Assembly: GCF_009914755.1 (NCBI RefSeq)
Contig: NC_060934.1
Direction: 5' to 3' (one strand)
Origin: the human T2T-CHM13v2.0 reference genome, Homo sapiens
Length of the DNA: 64,000 bases
The position numbers were made by a program, and so were the translations under genes. The first letter of the stretch is position 1. The number at the start of each line of letters is the position of its first letter. Below the pieces are notes generated by a model. It had not been told where the DNA came from. It worked only from the letters and a program-made list of their open reading frames with translations, and did no database searches. Below, in pieces: positions 1 through 13,249 of the stretch.

Positions 1-1600
1 AAGATTTTCCTCAGTTATTTTTTAAAACTTTAAAATCTCTAATTCACTTGGGATTTATTCTAATGTATGTATTCCAATGTACGTTTATTCTAATGTACGG
101 ATTTTTTTTCCATGTAGTCGTCTAATAGTCACGTCATCAGTTATTAAACTCTGCCTTTTCTCATTTATTTGAGATACTTACTGTCTTCATCATACATTAA
201 ATTGCCCTGTCTGCTTAGGTCTATTTTTGGGTTTTCTCTTCTGGACCACTGGTCTGCCTGCCTATTAATGATATAACAGTTCACTGTTTTATTCATAGAG
301 ACATTTCATATTTTAATATCCAGTAGGACTAGCTCCCACCTCCCCAGAATTGCCTTAGCTTTTCAGGGTTTTCTTGGTTATTTTTCCCTTTTGCTTTTTC
401 CATATGAACTTTGTTATCAACTTGTTTAGCTCCAGAAAGAAAGAAAACCTGATCATTATTGAGATCTCAATAATCATAAGTTAACATAGAGAAAACAAAC
501 ATCCTTCTGATGTTATGATGTTGAGTTTTTCTAATAGCCTGTATCTTCCTATGGTTCAAACTGTTTTTGTGTTTTCAGGAGTATTTTACAGTTTTTCTAT
601 ATAGATTATGCACATTTTGTGTTAGTTTAATGGTTAGGTATTTTGTTTTACTTTTTTTTTTTATTTTGCTTTTGTGAATGGGGTTTTCTCTTCCCTTCCC
701 TTGTATCTTCTAATTGGTTATCTTGTATATGTGAAGTCTATTGCTTTCTGCATAGGTGTTAATCAGAGTCCAGTCAAGAGACAGGCATAGCACCAATTAT
801 TTTAACAGAGACTATTTAAGACAAAGAATTGTTAACTGGTATAAAGGTATAAAGTGGATAACTGAAAAGGTAAAAAGACAATACTAAGTAATCACAGAAG
901 AAAAAATCTTCAGGAAGCAGCTACCATCCTTAGGGCTGGGTAACAAAGGCACAGAGAGAGAGGTATTAAATCTAGAAGTTTGGGTTGGGGGAACCCATGG
1001 AGTTGAATCTCTGACTGAGGTGGAAGCTGCTCGGCTGCTGCTGGAATCTCCAAGCTCAGAGGAAGGGCCATGGGACCCGGACATTGGCCAGCAGTTGCTG
1101 GTGTCTCTGAGGGGTACACAACATAGCTGGTTCTGTAATTTTTGGAGAAATTGAAAACTGGATTCCACTGATGCTACTGGAATGAGGAATTATTGCTTGG
1201 GGACATTCACAGGAATAGGAAGCTGGCAGGAAGGCAAGAGGAAGAAGCAAATTCCTCCTTCCCCTGCAACCTGCAGTCTCCCTCCGGGGCCCCTTCCGTT
1301 GAAGCCATAGAGGGAGCCGCTGGCAAAGCTGAAACTGGATTTGTGGAGTCCCAGCTCCTGCATCACAAAAGTGAGTATAGAAGGGTGGGTTTGGAGCTGA
1401 GCGACAAGAGCTTAATAGCTGGCGTAACATGATAATTGTATATTCCTCAATTTTACTAAGAGTTGCTTGTGGTAATTTTGTCCACGGTTCTTTGCGGTTT
1501 TAGGATTATATCATCTGCAAATAGAGATTTTTTTAAAACCTCTTCCTGTATAATTTTCACTGTTAATCTTTTGATCTTGGTTCCTAAAATATCTCAAACA
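1..1600 (-). mobile_element. Old L1 (L1M-type) ORF2 fragment, antisense, interrupted by an LTR at 757-1425
   Basis: T-rich antisense L1 motifs (TTTTTCCATATGAACTTTG; ATTATATCATCTGCAAATAGAGA at ~1506) on both sides of the LTR. Confidence 0.65.
757..1425 (-). mobile_element. ERVL-class solo LTR (subfamily uncertain)
   Basis: Starts TGTTAATCAGAGTCCAGTCAAGAGACAG and ends AGAAGGGTGGGTTTGGAGCTGAGCGACAAGAGCTTAATAGCTGGC, resembling antisense ERVL LTR termini; abrupt composition change inside the L1. Confidence 0.6.
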
Positions 1601-1914
1601 CAATGACTACTGCTCTTGGAAAAAATTATTGTCCATCATTGGAGATACTTTGTGAGGAGGGGAGGTGCTGGATAGAAGAAAGCTTTTCTTTATGGTCTTC
1701 CTTGATGAGTGTTTAGAAAAAGCTAATACAGCACTGAATGCTATTTCTTGACTATACCTAGGACACTGGGGGCACCTAATAATTGCTAAATACTGGTGAG
1801 ACAGATGTGTAGGTCTGCCCGTCCATCCACTTTTCCTTGTTTTGACCTGATTACATCCATTCTTTCTTTTTCTGATATATGATGGAGATGTCCAGTGGGG
1901 ACATTCCACATCAT

Positions 1915-2262
1915 TGTAGTGATTGTTTCAGACAATGTTATGTGGTCTAAGCCAGGCCAGTATTTCTCAGTCTCAGAAGTTTTGCTGATGTTGATGAAAA
2001 GAAGTTGTCTGTTTTTTCCTTGAGTCTCTTCAGTTATTTGCTTCTAAGCCTGGTGCTTTCAGTGGCTACCCTTGCTTCCACTCAGAGAGAACTTATTAGT
2101 AACTGGAGAAAGATTTCTGATGGTTTCATTTGAGCACCTGGTTCCAAGCCGTGCCTGAAATTTTAGGTCTAAGGCCCTTTAAATGAGCAATAGTCTCCTT
2201 TGCAATTTAAAGCAGGTTGAGTTGAATTTCCCATTTCTTATGATTAAATGAGTCCTATTTGA
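1915..2262 (+). mobile_element. MLT1J/K-like MaLR LTR fragment
   Basis: TTTGAGCACCTGGTTCCAAGCCGTGCCTGAA and GGTTGAGTTGAATTTC...GAGTCCT resemble the 3' end of old MLT1. Confidence 0.6.
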
Positions 2263-4394
2263 GCAAGTATTAATTGTATTCATTGTTACTGGAACTTATA
2301 GGCCATTTAAATCTGTGAGAACACTTTCGGTGTCCAATACTACAGAACCGGACAAGTTTACTAGAGATGCTTTCTCTATGATGTTTACAGATCTTTCTCT
2401 GCTTTGAGCTATTTTCTTGATCCTAATGACCCTATGTCTGCTCTGGTTTTCTTTCCTTCATCATCTCACTGTGATTATCTTTCCATTCTCTCTCAAGGAC
2501 AATCATGGACCATTGCCATGGTCGTCTTGAGGATGATCATAGACAAATCATGGACAGCCTCTAAGACTACCATTGCCTGTAAGCTCTAGACACAAGTGCA
2601 TTTTTGTTTTAAGAACCAGAGAATCAGGGAAACCACAGTATCTACCCATCTTCTTCTGTCTTCTGGTTCTGGCTGGTCCTACATTGTGACTTCTGGTTTC
2701 CGTTCCACAGTTTAACTGAGGTGGATCCTTTGAATGGTATCACCTTATGACTGAATTGGGCATTCCATGTGCATCATATTTTTGGCTTTTATACTTGATC
2801 TCTGTTTGTACCATTGCAATCAATCTCCTTGAGGGCTGCTCTGGGTCCCCACTGGGTGACTGTTGACTAAGCCCGTAGGAGTGAGTAATAGATTATCTAC
2901 AAGTGATTGATTCCATTTGGTTCAGTCATTCAGTCAGCAAACATAACCCACATCTTATTCATCTTATTTTGTTTTCCACAAGAGAGAAGACTAATACAAG
3001 AAACTCTTAGGAAGATGTGAAGGGGAGCATTATTTCATTGACCAGTGCAATTGGTACCAAGGCAGTACTATCTGATATGGCAGACAAGCAGGGGTGGGGC
3101 CCTGACTTTTGCAGGCAAGGAGGTGGAGCCGTCCTAGGAATGGAAGGTGACTTCCTCTAGGACAAGCAGCAACATTAGCAGTGTTTCTGAATAAAGCTTC
3201 AGGGCAGCCATGCTTTCTGCCTGGAACCTTGCATTCCTGGGAGATTCATCTGGCATATAAAGAAAGTGGGATGGTTGAAACACAGAGCATAGGTATGTGC
3301 ACATTAAGTCCTTTTCTTTTTAGTAACTGCAGGGAAGGTGCAAAGAAGCTGGTAAATAAGGCTATGGGAAATTGATAGAAACTTTCTCACCCTGCATGAT
3401 TATTATCACCATTAATCATGATCAGAATTTATTGCATGCTGGCAGTGTAGCTAGCACAGTGCCAAACACAGATATGGATGCAGTCTTCATCAAAAAAGAC
3501 AGTAATCTGTAAAGCAGCAGGAGAAGAGTGATCACCTAGGTGAGGAAGGGCAAGTTGCCACCTGGTTTCATTTTATTTCTGTTTAGGACCTTCTCACCAT
3601 TGAAAGAGTCCTTTGCTGTAATTGTGAAGACCCCTCTCCCTGCCACCGCCTGCTTCTAGATTTTGCAGGATGTTCATCTTTAAGAGCACAACGTTTTGCT
3701 AAAAATTTCTTCCAGCTATACTCATATTCTTTCTATTTTGTATGGTCTCCCATTTTGATCAGGAATAAAAACAGTAGTCATGCTTTGCAAAACTTTCATT
3801 ATAAGAACTGAGATGAAAAGTAATGAAAGAGGCATGCTCTCAGGAGAAAAACTTAGAGCATAATATATCAGCCAAATAGAGGAATTGAACAAAACTGCTT
3901 TCTAGCTTAAGACTATATCAGACATAGGGGAAAAAAATAATAAGCCAGGTTGATTAAAACAACTTATCACCTTAAAAAAATTCAGGATGATGAAGTCTGA
4001 GCATATAAATTACATCTTTGCCCATTCAGCTAGGAGAGCAGAGTGATGAGGTTGCTTAGAGAGAATGCTCTATGATATCGCCGTAATCTTTATATCCCTT
4101 TCTTATCCTTATCCTTTTTTTTGTTTTGTTTTTTGCAGTAGATGTTTGTTTGCTTCAGTAAGTGAGAGCTTTGTCCCTTCCTTTTTCTCCTCCTCTTCCT
4201 CCTCCTCCTCTGCCTTTCCTTATTTCCAGATCTGAAAACTGACTTTAAAAGTAGCCCTCCTGGGCTCAGTTTAATAATGAAGCTATAGGAAACTTTCTAT
4301 TGCTGGTCTTACTACATGGAATCTTAACTGCTTGAAATTTTTATGGTAGTTATTGGTCATTCAATTGTCAGCTGTTTGTGAGTTGAATTTAAAT

Positions 4395-5000
4395 TTATGA
4401 ACAATCCTTTAGCACTTACAAAGTGCTAGGCACCAGGGATGCTGGAGTGAAAAAGTAAGTACTGCTGCCTTCAATTTTCTTATAATCTATCAGAATAGCA
4501 GTATGCAAACCACAGGGCGAGTTTCTGCAACATGTCTAATGCTGTGTTAGGTACATGGTAGGCATCCGATGTATTTTGGGACATCCATCACACATAAATA
4601 TCCTATAGGGTAGTAGGAGCCACTATAGAGGGATGGAACAAGGACCATGGGGGACAAGGAAGGGAGTGGTCAGCTTTTCCTAGGGAAATGTGGGAGGCTT
4701 CATTTGTGAGGTTAGCTTGAACTGAGCAGTAATTTACCAGGTAGGCAAGATGAAGAGGAAGAGAAAGGAGAATGATGAAAGCACATGGGGGAGAAACAGT
4801 AGAGTGGATTAGGAAAGCAGCAAGAGGTTTGGGATGAATGGAGTATGGCCTGTGAGAAGATAGGAGCTGGCAAGAAATGCTCCTGGGAAAGAAAGTGGGG
4901 GCCAGCAGAGGAAAGGCAGTGCCTGTGTGCACAGGAACTGAAATCTTCTCCTCCAGATAGTGGGGAGCTTCTGAACAAGTGAGTCACTGGATCAATTCTG
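4395..5000 (-). mobile_element. L2 LINE 3' fragment
   Basis: AAGTGCTAGGCACCAGGGATGCTGGAGTGAAAAAG followed by purine-rich sequence typical of antisense L2. Confidence 0.6.
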
Positions 5001-5639
5001 CATCCATGTTTAATTTTCTTCATTTTTCTTCATTATGACTTTGCAAATGAAGACAAGTTACTACCAGTAGAGCATGCTGGCTGGCAGTGGGAATGAGTTT
5101 GAAATGAATCCCTTCTCCTCGCCTCTCTATGGGCTGGTCACACTGCTGTGAGTTAACGAACCCTCAAGGCTGGTTGAGTGAAGGGAGCATTGTTAACCTG
5201 GAGTCTGAGCCAGGGGCCTGGGCAGCTACGCTCATACCTTGAGCCATTGAGCTCCTTTGTGGCTCAAAGGAACTTCTGTATCATGAAAGGATGACTGCAA
5301 CGGGGCCTGGAGTTTATGATGCATTAGAATTGGTTACTATCTGAGGCCTTGAGAGCCATCTCCTTTTAAAGTAGATATATTGAACAACACCAACCAAGAG
5401 ATGGCTTGGGGAGTTTTTAGAGCTCAACAGAAGTTAATAGAAAATACCAGGGGGGCTGGACCAGCCCCAGGACTTTTGGTTCTTGGCCATACTTGCCCAT
5501 AAAAGGTAGCTGCTCCAGTATGGCTGCAAGAACACCTGATGGACTACACTCAGTTTTGATTAGTGGAAGCCATAGAAGCCCCACCACTGTGACTGCCTCT
5601 GTAAGTTTCTCTTTCTACTCACAAGGTCCTGATTCTGGA

Positions 5640-5901
5640 GATGAGAGAGGGAAAGGCTGGATGAGAGGAAGAGGGGAGGAGGGGGAAAGGGGGAGAAGGA
5701 AGAAAGAGGGAAGTGGGGAGAGAGGGAGAGGGGGAGGGAAAGGGACAGGAGGAAGAGGAAGAGGGAAAGGGGAGGATGAGTTGGAGGAGAGAGGAAAAGA
5801 GGAGAGTGGGAGGGGTGGAAGCGGGAAGGAAGGGAGGGAGGGGAGAAGAGGAAGGGAAGGAAAGAGAAGGGAAAGGAAAGAAAGAGAAAAAGAAGAGAGA
5901 A
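5640..5901 (+). repeat. GA-rich polypurine low-complexity tract
   Basis: About 260 bp almost exclusively G/A on the + strand. Confidence 0.95.
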
Positions 5902-6124
5902 CTGACTCATCTGCTCAAGCCATGCAGCAAGTTCCTGGTGAAGCCTTGACTCCAAAGGTTGGTCAATGCTTTCTCTGGTGACCCATGTGCATGGCTTGAT
6001 TCTAGGTGCTGTGAGTTGTGATTCACTACTATAAATAAAAATAAAATATAAATAATAGGGATATTTATAACCTAGTTAGGTAAATAAGACTGAAGCTAAG
6101 ACAACTATAACTTAATAGTTATAA

Positions 6125-6310
6125 TAGTAATTATCATGATAGTCCTATTTCTTGAGTATCTGTTATGTGCTAGGCATTTTACAGGGTGCTTTTAAACTTT
6201 TTGGCTATTAAGAGCTGAGCACATGAGACTGCTAATATTATTCCCATTTTGCAGATGAGGAAACTGAAGCTCAAAGAGATGAGGTCACTTGCTCAAGATC
6301 CATGTAAGTT
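6125..6310 (-). mobile_element. MIR SINE
   Basis: Core CCCATTTTGCAGATGAGGAAACTGAAGCTCA. Confidence 0.85.
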
Positions 6311-6729
6311 CTAAGGGGGCAAGGAGTTGATCTAGGATGAGCTTAGCATTGAGACCCTGGAGTCTATCGCATGTTAATTAGGTGCTTAAAGAACATTTGA
6401 GGGGTGAGTGAATGGACAGTCACATAGTTAGAAAGTGCCCAAGGTGGGCTTGGAATCCAAGGCTTATGATTTGAAACCAATTATATCCACTGAACTCTAC
6501 TGTCACATAACAGAGGGCAGCAGAAGACAATTGCCGGACTCAGTGTGGAGACAGCAAGATACTGGGGGGACCCAAAGAGAGAGAATAGATATAGCACAGG
6601 CTGTGTGTGGTCAGAGAAGGTGTTATAAGACAGTGGGGATTGAAATGGGCCTTGAAGGTCAAGCAATATTTGGGTGACTGGAGGGGAAAGGTCAGTGTGT
6701 CTTGGGTGCTTGAAAGGCAGAGGAATCTC

Positions 6730-6935
6730 CTTGTAAAGAGCTTAGCCTGCTGGTGTGGACTTTTCTGGGTTTAAAAACCTGGGTCTACCACTAGGAAGTT
6801 GTGTGATGCTAGGCAATCCCCTTCATGCCTTAGTTATCTCATTGACGACTGGGCATAATTCAGAATAATTCATGTAAAAGAGTTTGCAGACAGTGTCTGG
6901 GATGCAACGTTGGCTCAATAAATATGAGTTGTCAT
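6730..6935 (+). mobile_element. MIR SINE
   Basis: CTGGGTTTAAAAACCTGGGTCTACCACT...TGTGTGATGCTAGGCAA...GGCTCAATAAATA. Confidence 0.7.
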
Positions 6936-8159
6936 TATGTCAAAGCTTCCTTCCTGTGGGGCAGAGAGCAGAGTTGGGAAGATAGGATGGGATCAGGATG
7001 CTCTGAGCCTTGAATACAGAGTAAGGATTCTGAATTTGACTTTCTGCTTAAAAAGTTTGTCTCTGACAAGACAACAATGGTTCTAAAGAGTACGTTGTTG
7101 CTGAGTTAGTGTCATTTTCTGCTCATTGTGCATTGACAAGTTTGGCCCTTGTGGAAAGCACTTGACTGTCCCAAGCCAGCTGATGGTTTCTATGTTCCTG
7201 CTTTTGTGTCTAGTATGTTGTTTCACTGGGGAGCTTGGATCACAGCCTAAATCTAGAGGGAACTTTACTGAGACTTAATAAATGGAAGGCAGTCTGTAGA
7301 CAAAACAAAAGCCAAAACTCCCAATAAAAAGAGGATAGACCAATAAACAAACCCACAGCCTAGAGAAAGATAAGCTTTATAATAGCACTTGAAGATTGAG
7401 TAAACCTTGAAACTAGCTCGAGCATTGTCACCCTAACCTGTGTACTGAGAGATGGCTGCAATTTCTCTCAGCCTTTCTGCACATTAATGCTTGAAAAATG
7501 CAATAATCAAGTTCACAGATGTGAAATTTACTTACGAGGAAGCCTATTTGCCACAATCACTGGCTTGAGTGCTGGTACTTGGGAAAATTTTGCAAGTGGA
7601 TAATAACACCAGCCTTCACCCTACATGATAGATTGACATTGAATCATAATATTCAGTGAGCATTCTTCATCTATTGCTTTGGAGTATTTTATAAGATGGA
7701 ATCCTATTATTTTCACTTCATCTTAACACATCATATTGCTTAATTATTCTTTTGCCCGTCTTTTCTCAATCCTTTCCCACTATTGCTTCTGTCAGAAGAT
7801 TGAAACCCTGAAGATACTTGTCAGAATAAAGGCACCCCGAAGAAGTCTGCAGGAGGCAGCCCAAAGACCAAGATCTTGGACTGTCGAGGCTTTGAAGAAT
7901 ATAAACTCAAAAACTGCCATTGCTCTTATTAAGACAATATTTCCCACTTAGGTCTCTACTGAGAAAGCTGGAAAAGTTAAGATGAATCAGAAAGGGGTGG
8001 CAGACAAAGAACTAAAACATAGAATTCAGCAGAAATGTTTAAAGGAGACGTTATAGTTGATAGCACTATATGGAAGGTTTGAAACAACGCTTTAAAAAAG
8101 TTATGAAGTATTCTAAGAAGAAAGATAAAGGTACCCTGTTGTCTAAGGGGGAGCAGCAG

Positions 8160-8405
8160 GGTATGATGGCAAGATAGAGTGGCCTTGGTGAAATCAGGAA
8201 GAACTGGGCTCCAACCTTAGATCCACTACATGCCACGATGAAACACTGGTATGCTACTTAGCTTCTTTGACCCTCGGTTCCATCATTTATAAAAAGAGAA
8301 TTATAACACTGATTTCATGGGACTATTTTGAAGAACTAAATTTTGTATGTTGAATGCCTATTGCGGTGCTTGGCATATCGTAGGTATTTACTAAATGGTA
8401 GTTAA
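8160..8405 (+). mobile_element. MIR SINE
   Basis: CCTCGGTTCCATCATTTATAAAA core and GTGCTTGGCATATCGTAGGTA tail. Confidence 0.7.
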
Positions 8406-10137
8406 TGACAATAACAGGGGAAATGACCTTTTATTGCAAGAAAGCCATGAGTTAGATAAAGCATGCTGCCTTTGCAACCTGCTATGTGTGATGTAGTATT
8501 GTTTGGAAGCAGGAAAACAGCTTGATAGAAACTGGAATTCATGGGGAATATTTGGGGAGTAGAAACATGTTATGGAAAGTTGTCATTGACTAGCAGGGGC
8601 CATGCCAGGGTAGGAGAAAAAAAAACAATTCTTGGGAATTACCAGACAGGGAATGTCTTCGGATCCTGTGGGGACTCACTATGTCTGATGACCTTGGCCC
8701 AAGCCTTGATGACCATTGCCATAGAAACCAGCATGAGTGTGCAGTATGAGCTCATTTCTCAAAGTTTGCAGGCTGTGCCAACACAGCAGGGCTCCAGGGC
8801 TGAGAGGGCTGATTTTTCTTCCTGGGTGGAGGTCCTGTCACCTGGCAAAGAATTGAATCAGTTCAACTGGTGAGGCTACAGGAGTCCTGTTCCAGCTGGG
8901 ATGGGGCACAGAAATCCTGCCATGGTTGCATTCACATACCTAAATGATCAACATGCAACTAAAAAAAAGATATTCAGACATCCCCATCACAGATCTATTG
9001 ACAAACCTGGAAGACATGATTTCAAAAAGAGAGCAAAGGGCTTGCATTCTTTCATATCATATGGTGGCCTGCTCTGGGGGTGGGGAGACAATATTTTTTT
9101 TCACGGTAGCCCTTTTCCAAAAAATGGCAAACCATCTCAGGGACCAGGAACACCCAGCTCTGTTTTAGGCTTTTTGGCTTCTGCCTTTTTCCAGGGGACC
9201 GAGAAGCTGCTAGAGTTCTTATAAGTGGAAAGTGACTTTTCACTTTGTGACATGATAAAAATTGAATGAAATTCAATACGTTTTTTTCACCCTTTCCACA
9301 AATTATAAAAAATGGCTAAATCTACACTCAGGCAAATTTCATTTCCCTGGGTACTGAGTTTATAGATCACATTTTTCAACTTGGGGAACATTTTACAAGC
9401 TGAACCTTTACATCCCTTTGACAAAAGAAGAAAAGAGAGGACCACTTTTGGCCAATGTGCTTTGCTATCAGGTGGGTGCTGGCCGACTGGGATGGCAGGG
9501 ATTGGAATAATTTAAGTAAGCACCTTAGGTGGGTAAGTAGAGACCTGAAGTTCTGAGTTGAAAAATGACTTTTTTGTTGTTGTTCCATGGTTTTCCAGAA
9601 TCTCAGCTGTGCCCCCACAGTAGATCTTGGGAAAGTTTACTCTCTGTGCTGCTCTGTGCTAATGCACAGGTATCAAGACTTGTCGGGAAATTTCTCTCAT
9701 GGAGAGAACAAGACTGTAGATGCCTGAAGCTTGAAATAATAGTTTATTTATGTATGTTTTTCCTTTTCCCAATTAGCCCCCTGCGTACCAAATAGAAAAG
9801 GTAGAGAGGAGTTAGCTCTAAAATTCTGTTTATAAGATCCTTCCAATTTAAGACAAATTAATTTTCTAGAGATTCTGACCTTAAGCTTCCTGTGCCTGAA
9901 AGTGGTACGTGATCATTTGATGGTTCTGGCACTGAGAAAGGATCACGTCCATATTGCCCTGCAATGGGACACCAGGTATGTTGGGAGAAAAGCTCCCTGT
10001 GTCTGTCTGCTAGGACCTCCCGCGGCACCTGGAGGAGCATAACATCCATGGAGCCAGGTGTGTGGTGGCCCCTCCTCCCATCCCACTCCCAGGGCCTGTT
10101 GTCTTTCCAGGGCAGTGAACCTCATCTTCTGCCTCTA

Positions 10138-10340
10138 GGCCAGAGGTTCTCAAACTTGAGAAACTTGAGAGTACCTCGAAACTTGAGAGGTTCTCAAACT
10201 TGAGGGTACATCAAAATCCTCAGGGGTGGGAAAAACTTGTTAACCATGCAGACTTCCAGGCCCTTTGTGATTGTGATTCAGTTGATCTGGAGTGGGACCC
10301 TGGAATCTGTATTTTATCTAGCTCCCTGGGTGGTTCACGA
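10138..10340. mobile_element. MER5-type hAT-Charlie MITE with rearranged terminus
   Basis: CAGAGGTTCTCAAACTTGAG terminus; GATTCAGTTGATCTGGAGTGGGACCCTGGAATCTGTATTTT. Confidence 0.8.
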
Positions 10341-11021
10341 GTTATACTTTGAGTCTTTCTGGGAGATTTTCCACGTTGAAACAATTCCTTCTTTCTCCAT
10401 CTGGACCAGTTGTGGCAGAAATAAAATCCATTTCTCAAGGTGACTAACTTGTTAGATTCTTCATGACTTTGGCCTAGTTCTGTCTTATTTCCACATTCTC
10501 AGAAATGACCTCCTTTTAGTCCCACATTCTCCAAGGTGAGGAGTAAAGAGGCTGTGATGTGAGCTAGTTCATTCAAGTTTAAATGCCAGCTTCTTAGGAT
10601 TTGGGAGCCGCTGGCCTCACCTTTCACACCTGCAAAAAAAAAAGAAAAAAGAGTGCTTATAATAGCCTGACCTGTTGCTTAAATGAAATATGTGTGGATG
10701 TCTCCAGAGCATGACCTGGCACATTGCAGGACTCAACTGACATGCTCTTTACCCAACTCAGACCCTCTCCTATGGATCCATCCACATGCTGCCATCTTCT
10801 AGGCAGATGAGCTTCATTAAGAAAAGGCCCAGGGGCAACTGCCCTGGGGTTCCTCCCAGCCTTGTTTAGGTTGTGCACTTGAACAGGGTAAGGAGGGGGA
10901 TGAGGCAAGATGAGGAGGCTTTCCTTAGGTGAGGGCTTCCCAGCAGGTATAAATTAAAGCAGTCACCATTTACCCAAGAGTGGCAAGCTGAAGTTACTTG
11001 GCACCTGTATACTGTGAAACA

Positions 11022-11064
11022 AGAGGGGGGGAGAGAGAGAGAGAGAAAGAGAGGAGGGAGAGAG
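11022..11064 (+). repeat. (GA)n microsatellite
   Basis: GAGAGAGAGA run. Confidence 0.9.
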
Positions 11065-11499
11065 CCTTAAAAACATAAAGGCAGTTTTGAGGAATCTAAT
11101 CTGTCTTGTATTTCCACCCAACTCAACCCGATTTCTGTGCTGGCCAGGAGTAACAAATTGAATATCTTCCCATGCTAAAGGGTAATTATGTCCCTGGGCT
11201 GGGATTTAAAATGCATTTTCCACCAGAGCAATGAGGCCTGACCGATGAATTGGATGTGCTGTCATCTGGTCATGCCGCTGGATGAATGGTCCCATGTGTC
11301 AGGTCACACAGCTCTCGTGCATTCAGTTCACATCATCCACTAGACACCATCTCTGTGCCAGGATCCAAGCTTCCTGTTGAACACAGAGGTCGGGGATGAG
11401 TAGGAGCCAGTCCCAGCCCTCAAGGAATTGCTGATCTCATGGGAAAGACAGACAAAGAAATGGGAACAGTGTGGTCGTGACTGTGACAGGACAAGGCAG

Positions 11500-11690
11500 C
11501 CTTCAGGTCGGACTACCTGGGATAAAATCTCAGCTTGGCTAGTTAGAAGCTGTGGGACTTGGGAAAGTGAGCTAATCTCTGTGAGCTTCGGGACCTCATC
11601 GGTAAATTTGGGATTATAATTTTGCCTCTTTCATGGAGTTATTGGGAGGATTAAAGAAGATAATATTAACTTTTGATACACTGTAAACAT
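11500..11690 (+). mobile_element. MIR SINE
   Basis: AGCTGTGGGACTTGGGAAAGTGAGCTAATCTCTGTGAGCTTC...GGGAGGATTAAAGAAGATAAT. Confidence 0.7.
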
Positions 11691-12274
11691 AATAATAGTA
11701 GTTGCTAAGACTTATGAGTAGAAGTCCTCATAGTGCAGCATTAGACGTAATGATATTAGGCAAGTGTTGCCCCACGTTACGGAACATTGCTCAGGCAACT
11801 AACAATTAAGTTGAATGTTAGGAGATTTGCTTAGCTGGTGATTCTGTTGATGTTTCTGCTGCTGGAGGAGGCAGCTCAAAGGGAGGGGTGCTCAGCTGGG
11901 TGGATGCAGAACAGATGCTCAGCCTAACTGCAGCCAAAAAGGCCTAGAAAGTCCCCAAGTAGAACTCAGGCTTTTCTGGATGCTGGGCCAGGACTTGCAT
12001 ACTCAAAAATGAAGTGTAAGTTAGGGCATGTCCTATACCAGCAAGGAAGTAAAAACTGCCCTTCTGTAGTGGAGCTGACAGTGTCTGCCATCTTAGACAA
12101 GAAGCAGGAGAGGAGTAGGAAAAATTTCCACCAAATGGTGTTCCCAACACGAAGGGATCGTTAGGGGGTGAGTAGTTCACCAGCGTGGGGTGGGTGTTCA
12201 TGAGATCATTTTTTATTCATTTATCAATTCATTCATTCAACTGTTTCATGCACCTTTTAGAATTCATGAATTGC

Positions 12275-12713
12275 CACAATAGCAAAGACTTGGAACCAAC
12301 CCAAATGTCCAAAAATGATAGACTGGATTAAGAAAATGTGGCACATATACGCCATGGAATACTATGCAGCCATAAAAAATGATGAGTTCATGTCCTTTGT
12401 AGGGACATGGATGAAATTGGAAATATCATTCTCAGTAAACTATCGCAAGGACAAAAAACCAAACACCGCATGTTCTCACTCATAGGTGGGAACTGAACAA
12501 AGAGAACACATGGACACAGGAAGGGGAACATCACACTCTGGGGACTGTTGTGGGGTGGGGGGAGGGGGGAGGGATAGCATTAGGACATATACCTAATGCT
12601 AAATGACGAGTTAATGGGTGCAGCACACCAGCATGGCACATGTGTACATATGTAACTAACCTGCACATTGTGCACATGTACCCTAAAACCTAAAGTATAA
12701 TAAAATTAAAAAA
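12275..12713 (+). mobile_element. 5'-truncated young L1 (L1PA3-like) 3' end with 14-bp TSD
   Basis: CACAATAGCAAAGACTTGGAACCAACCC...ACCTAATGCTAAATGACGAGTTAATGGGTGCAGCACACCAGC, A-rich tail; TSD AATTCATGAATTGC at 12261-12274 and 12714-12727. Confidence 0.95.
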
Positions 12714-13249
12714 AATTCATGAATTGCACAAGCATTTGTTGAGCATCTACTATGTACAAGATTCCTTGCTCAAGGCTACCCAGTTGGTAAAGGGACCTCA
12801 GGACTCAAAGGTGTTTAGTGTTAGCCTCTAGAGTCCTTGGTATAAATTGTTCTGGGAATAGATTATTAGCCCTGGAGAAGGACCAGTTGTTTCACTCACA
12901 TATTTAAGTCCTTTGTTCAATTAAATTAGAATTTATTCGTTTCAGAAATGTTAACTGAGTATCTACAAATAGCAAGGCATCCACTATGTGCTGACTGCTG
13001 GTGTGAGATTTCCCCCTACATGAGAGCAGGAGGACACTGGGGTATTTTAAGTATAAGACGACCTGCTGCTCAACATGACAGGCTGGTAAGCAGTGGTCCA
13101 GGGATTTGCACTTTACCTGGCTGTAGCTTTGTGTTTTATGTTTAGTCTGTAGTCACTTGAGGTAGTTCAGGTCAAGAGCATTATGGCTTTTCTGCCCCAC
13201 CTGGGTGATTAGATTTGAGGTTTTCCTTTTGCAAATGACTGCATAGTGC

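Noticed and set aside
5493-5981. Overlapping G/R/E/K-rich and L/S/F/P-rich ORFs
   Set aside because: Products of the stop-free polypurine tract.
8541-9224. Adjacent 110-aa and 107-aa ORFs
   Set aside because: No recognisable homology; lengths are compatible with chance.
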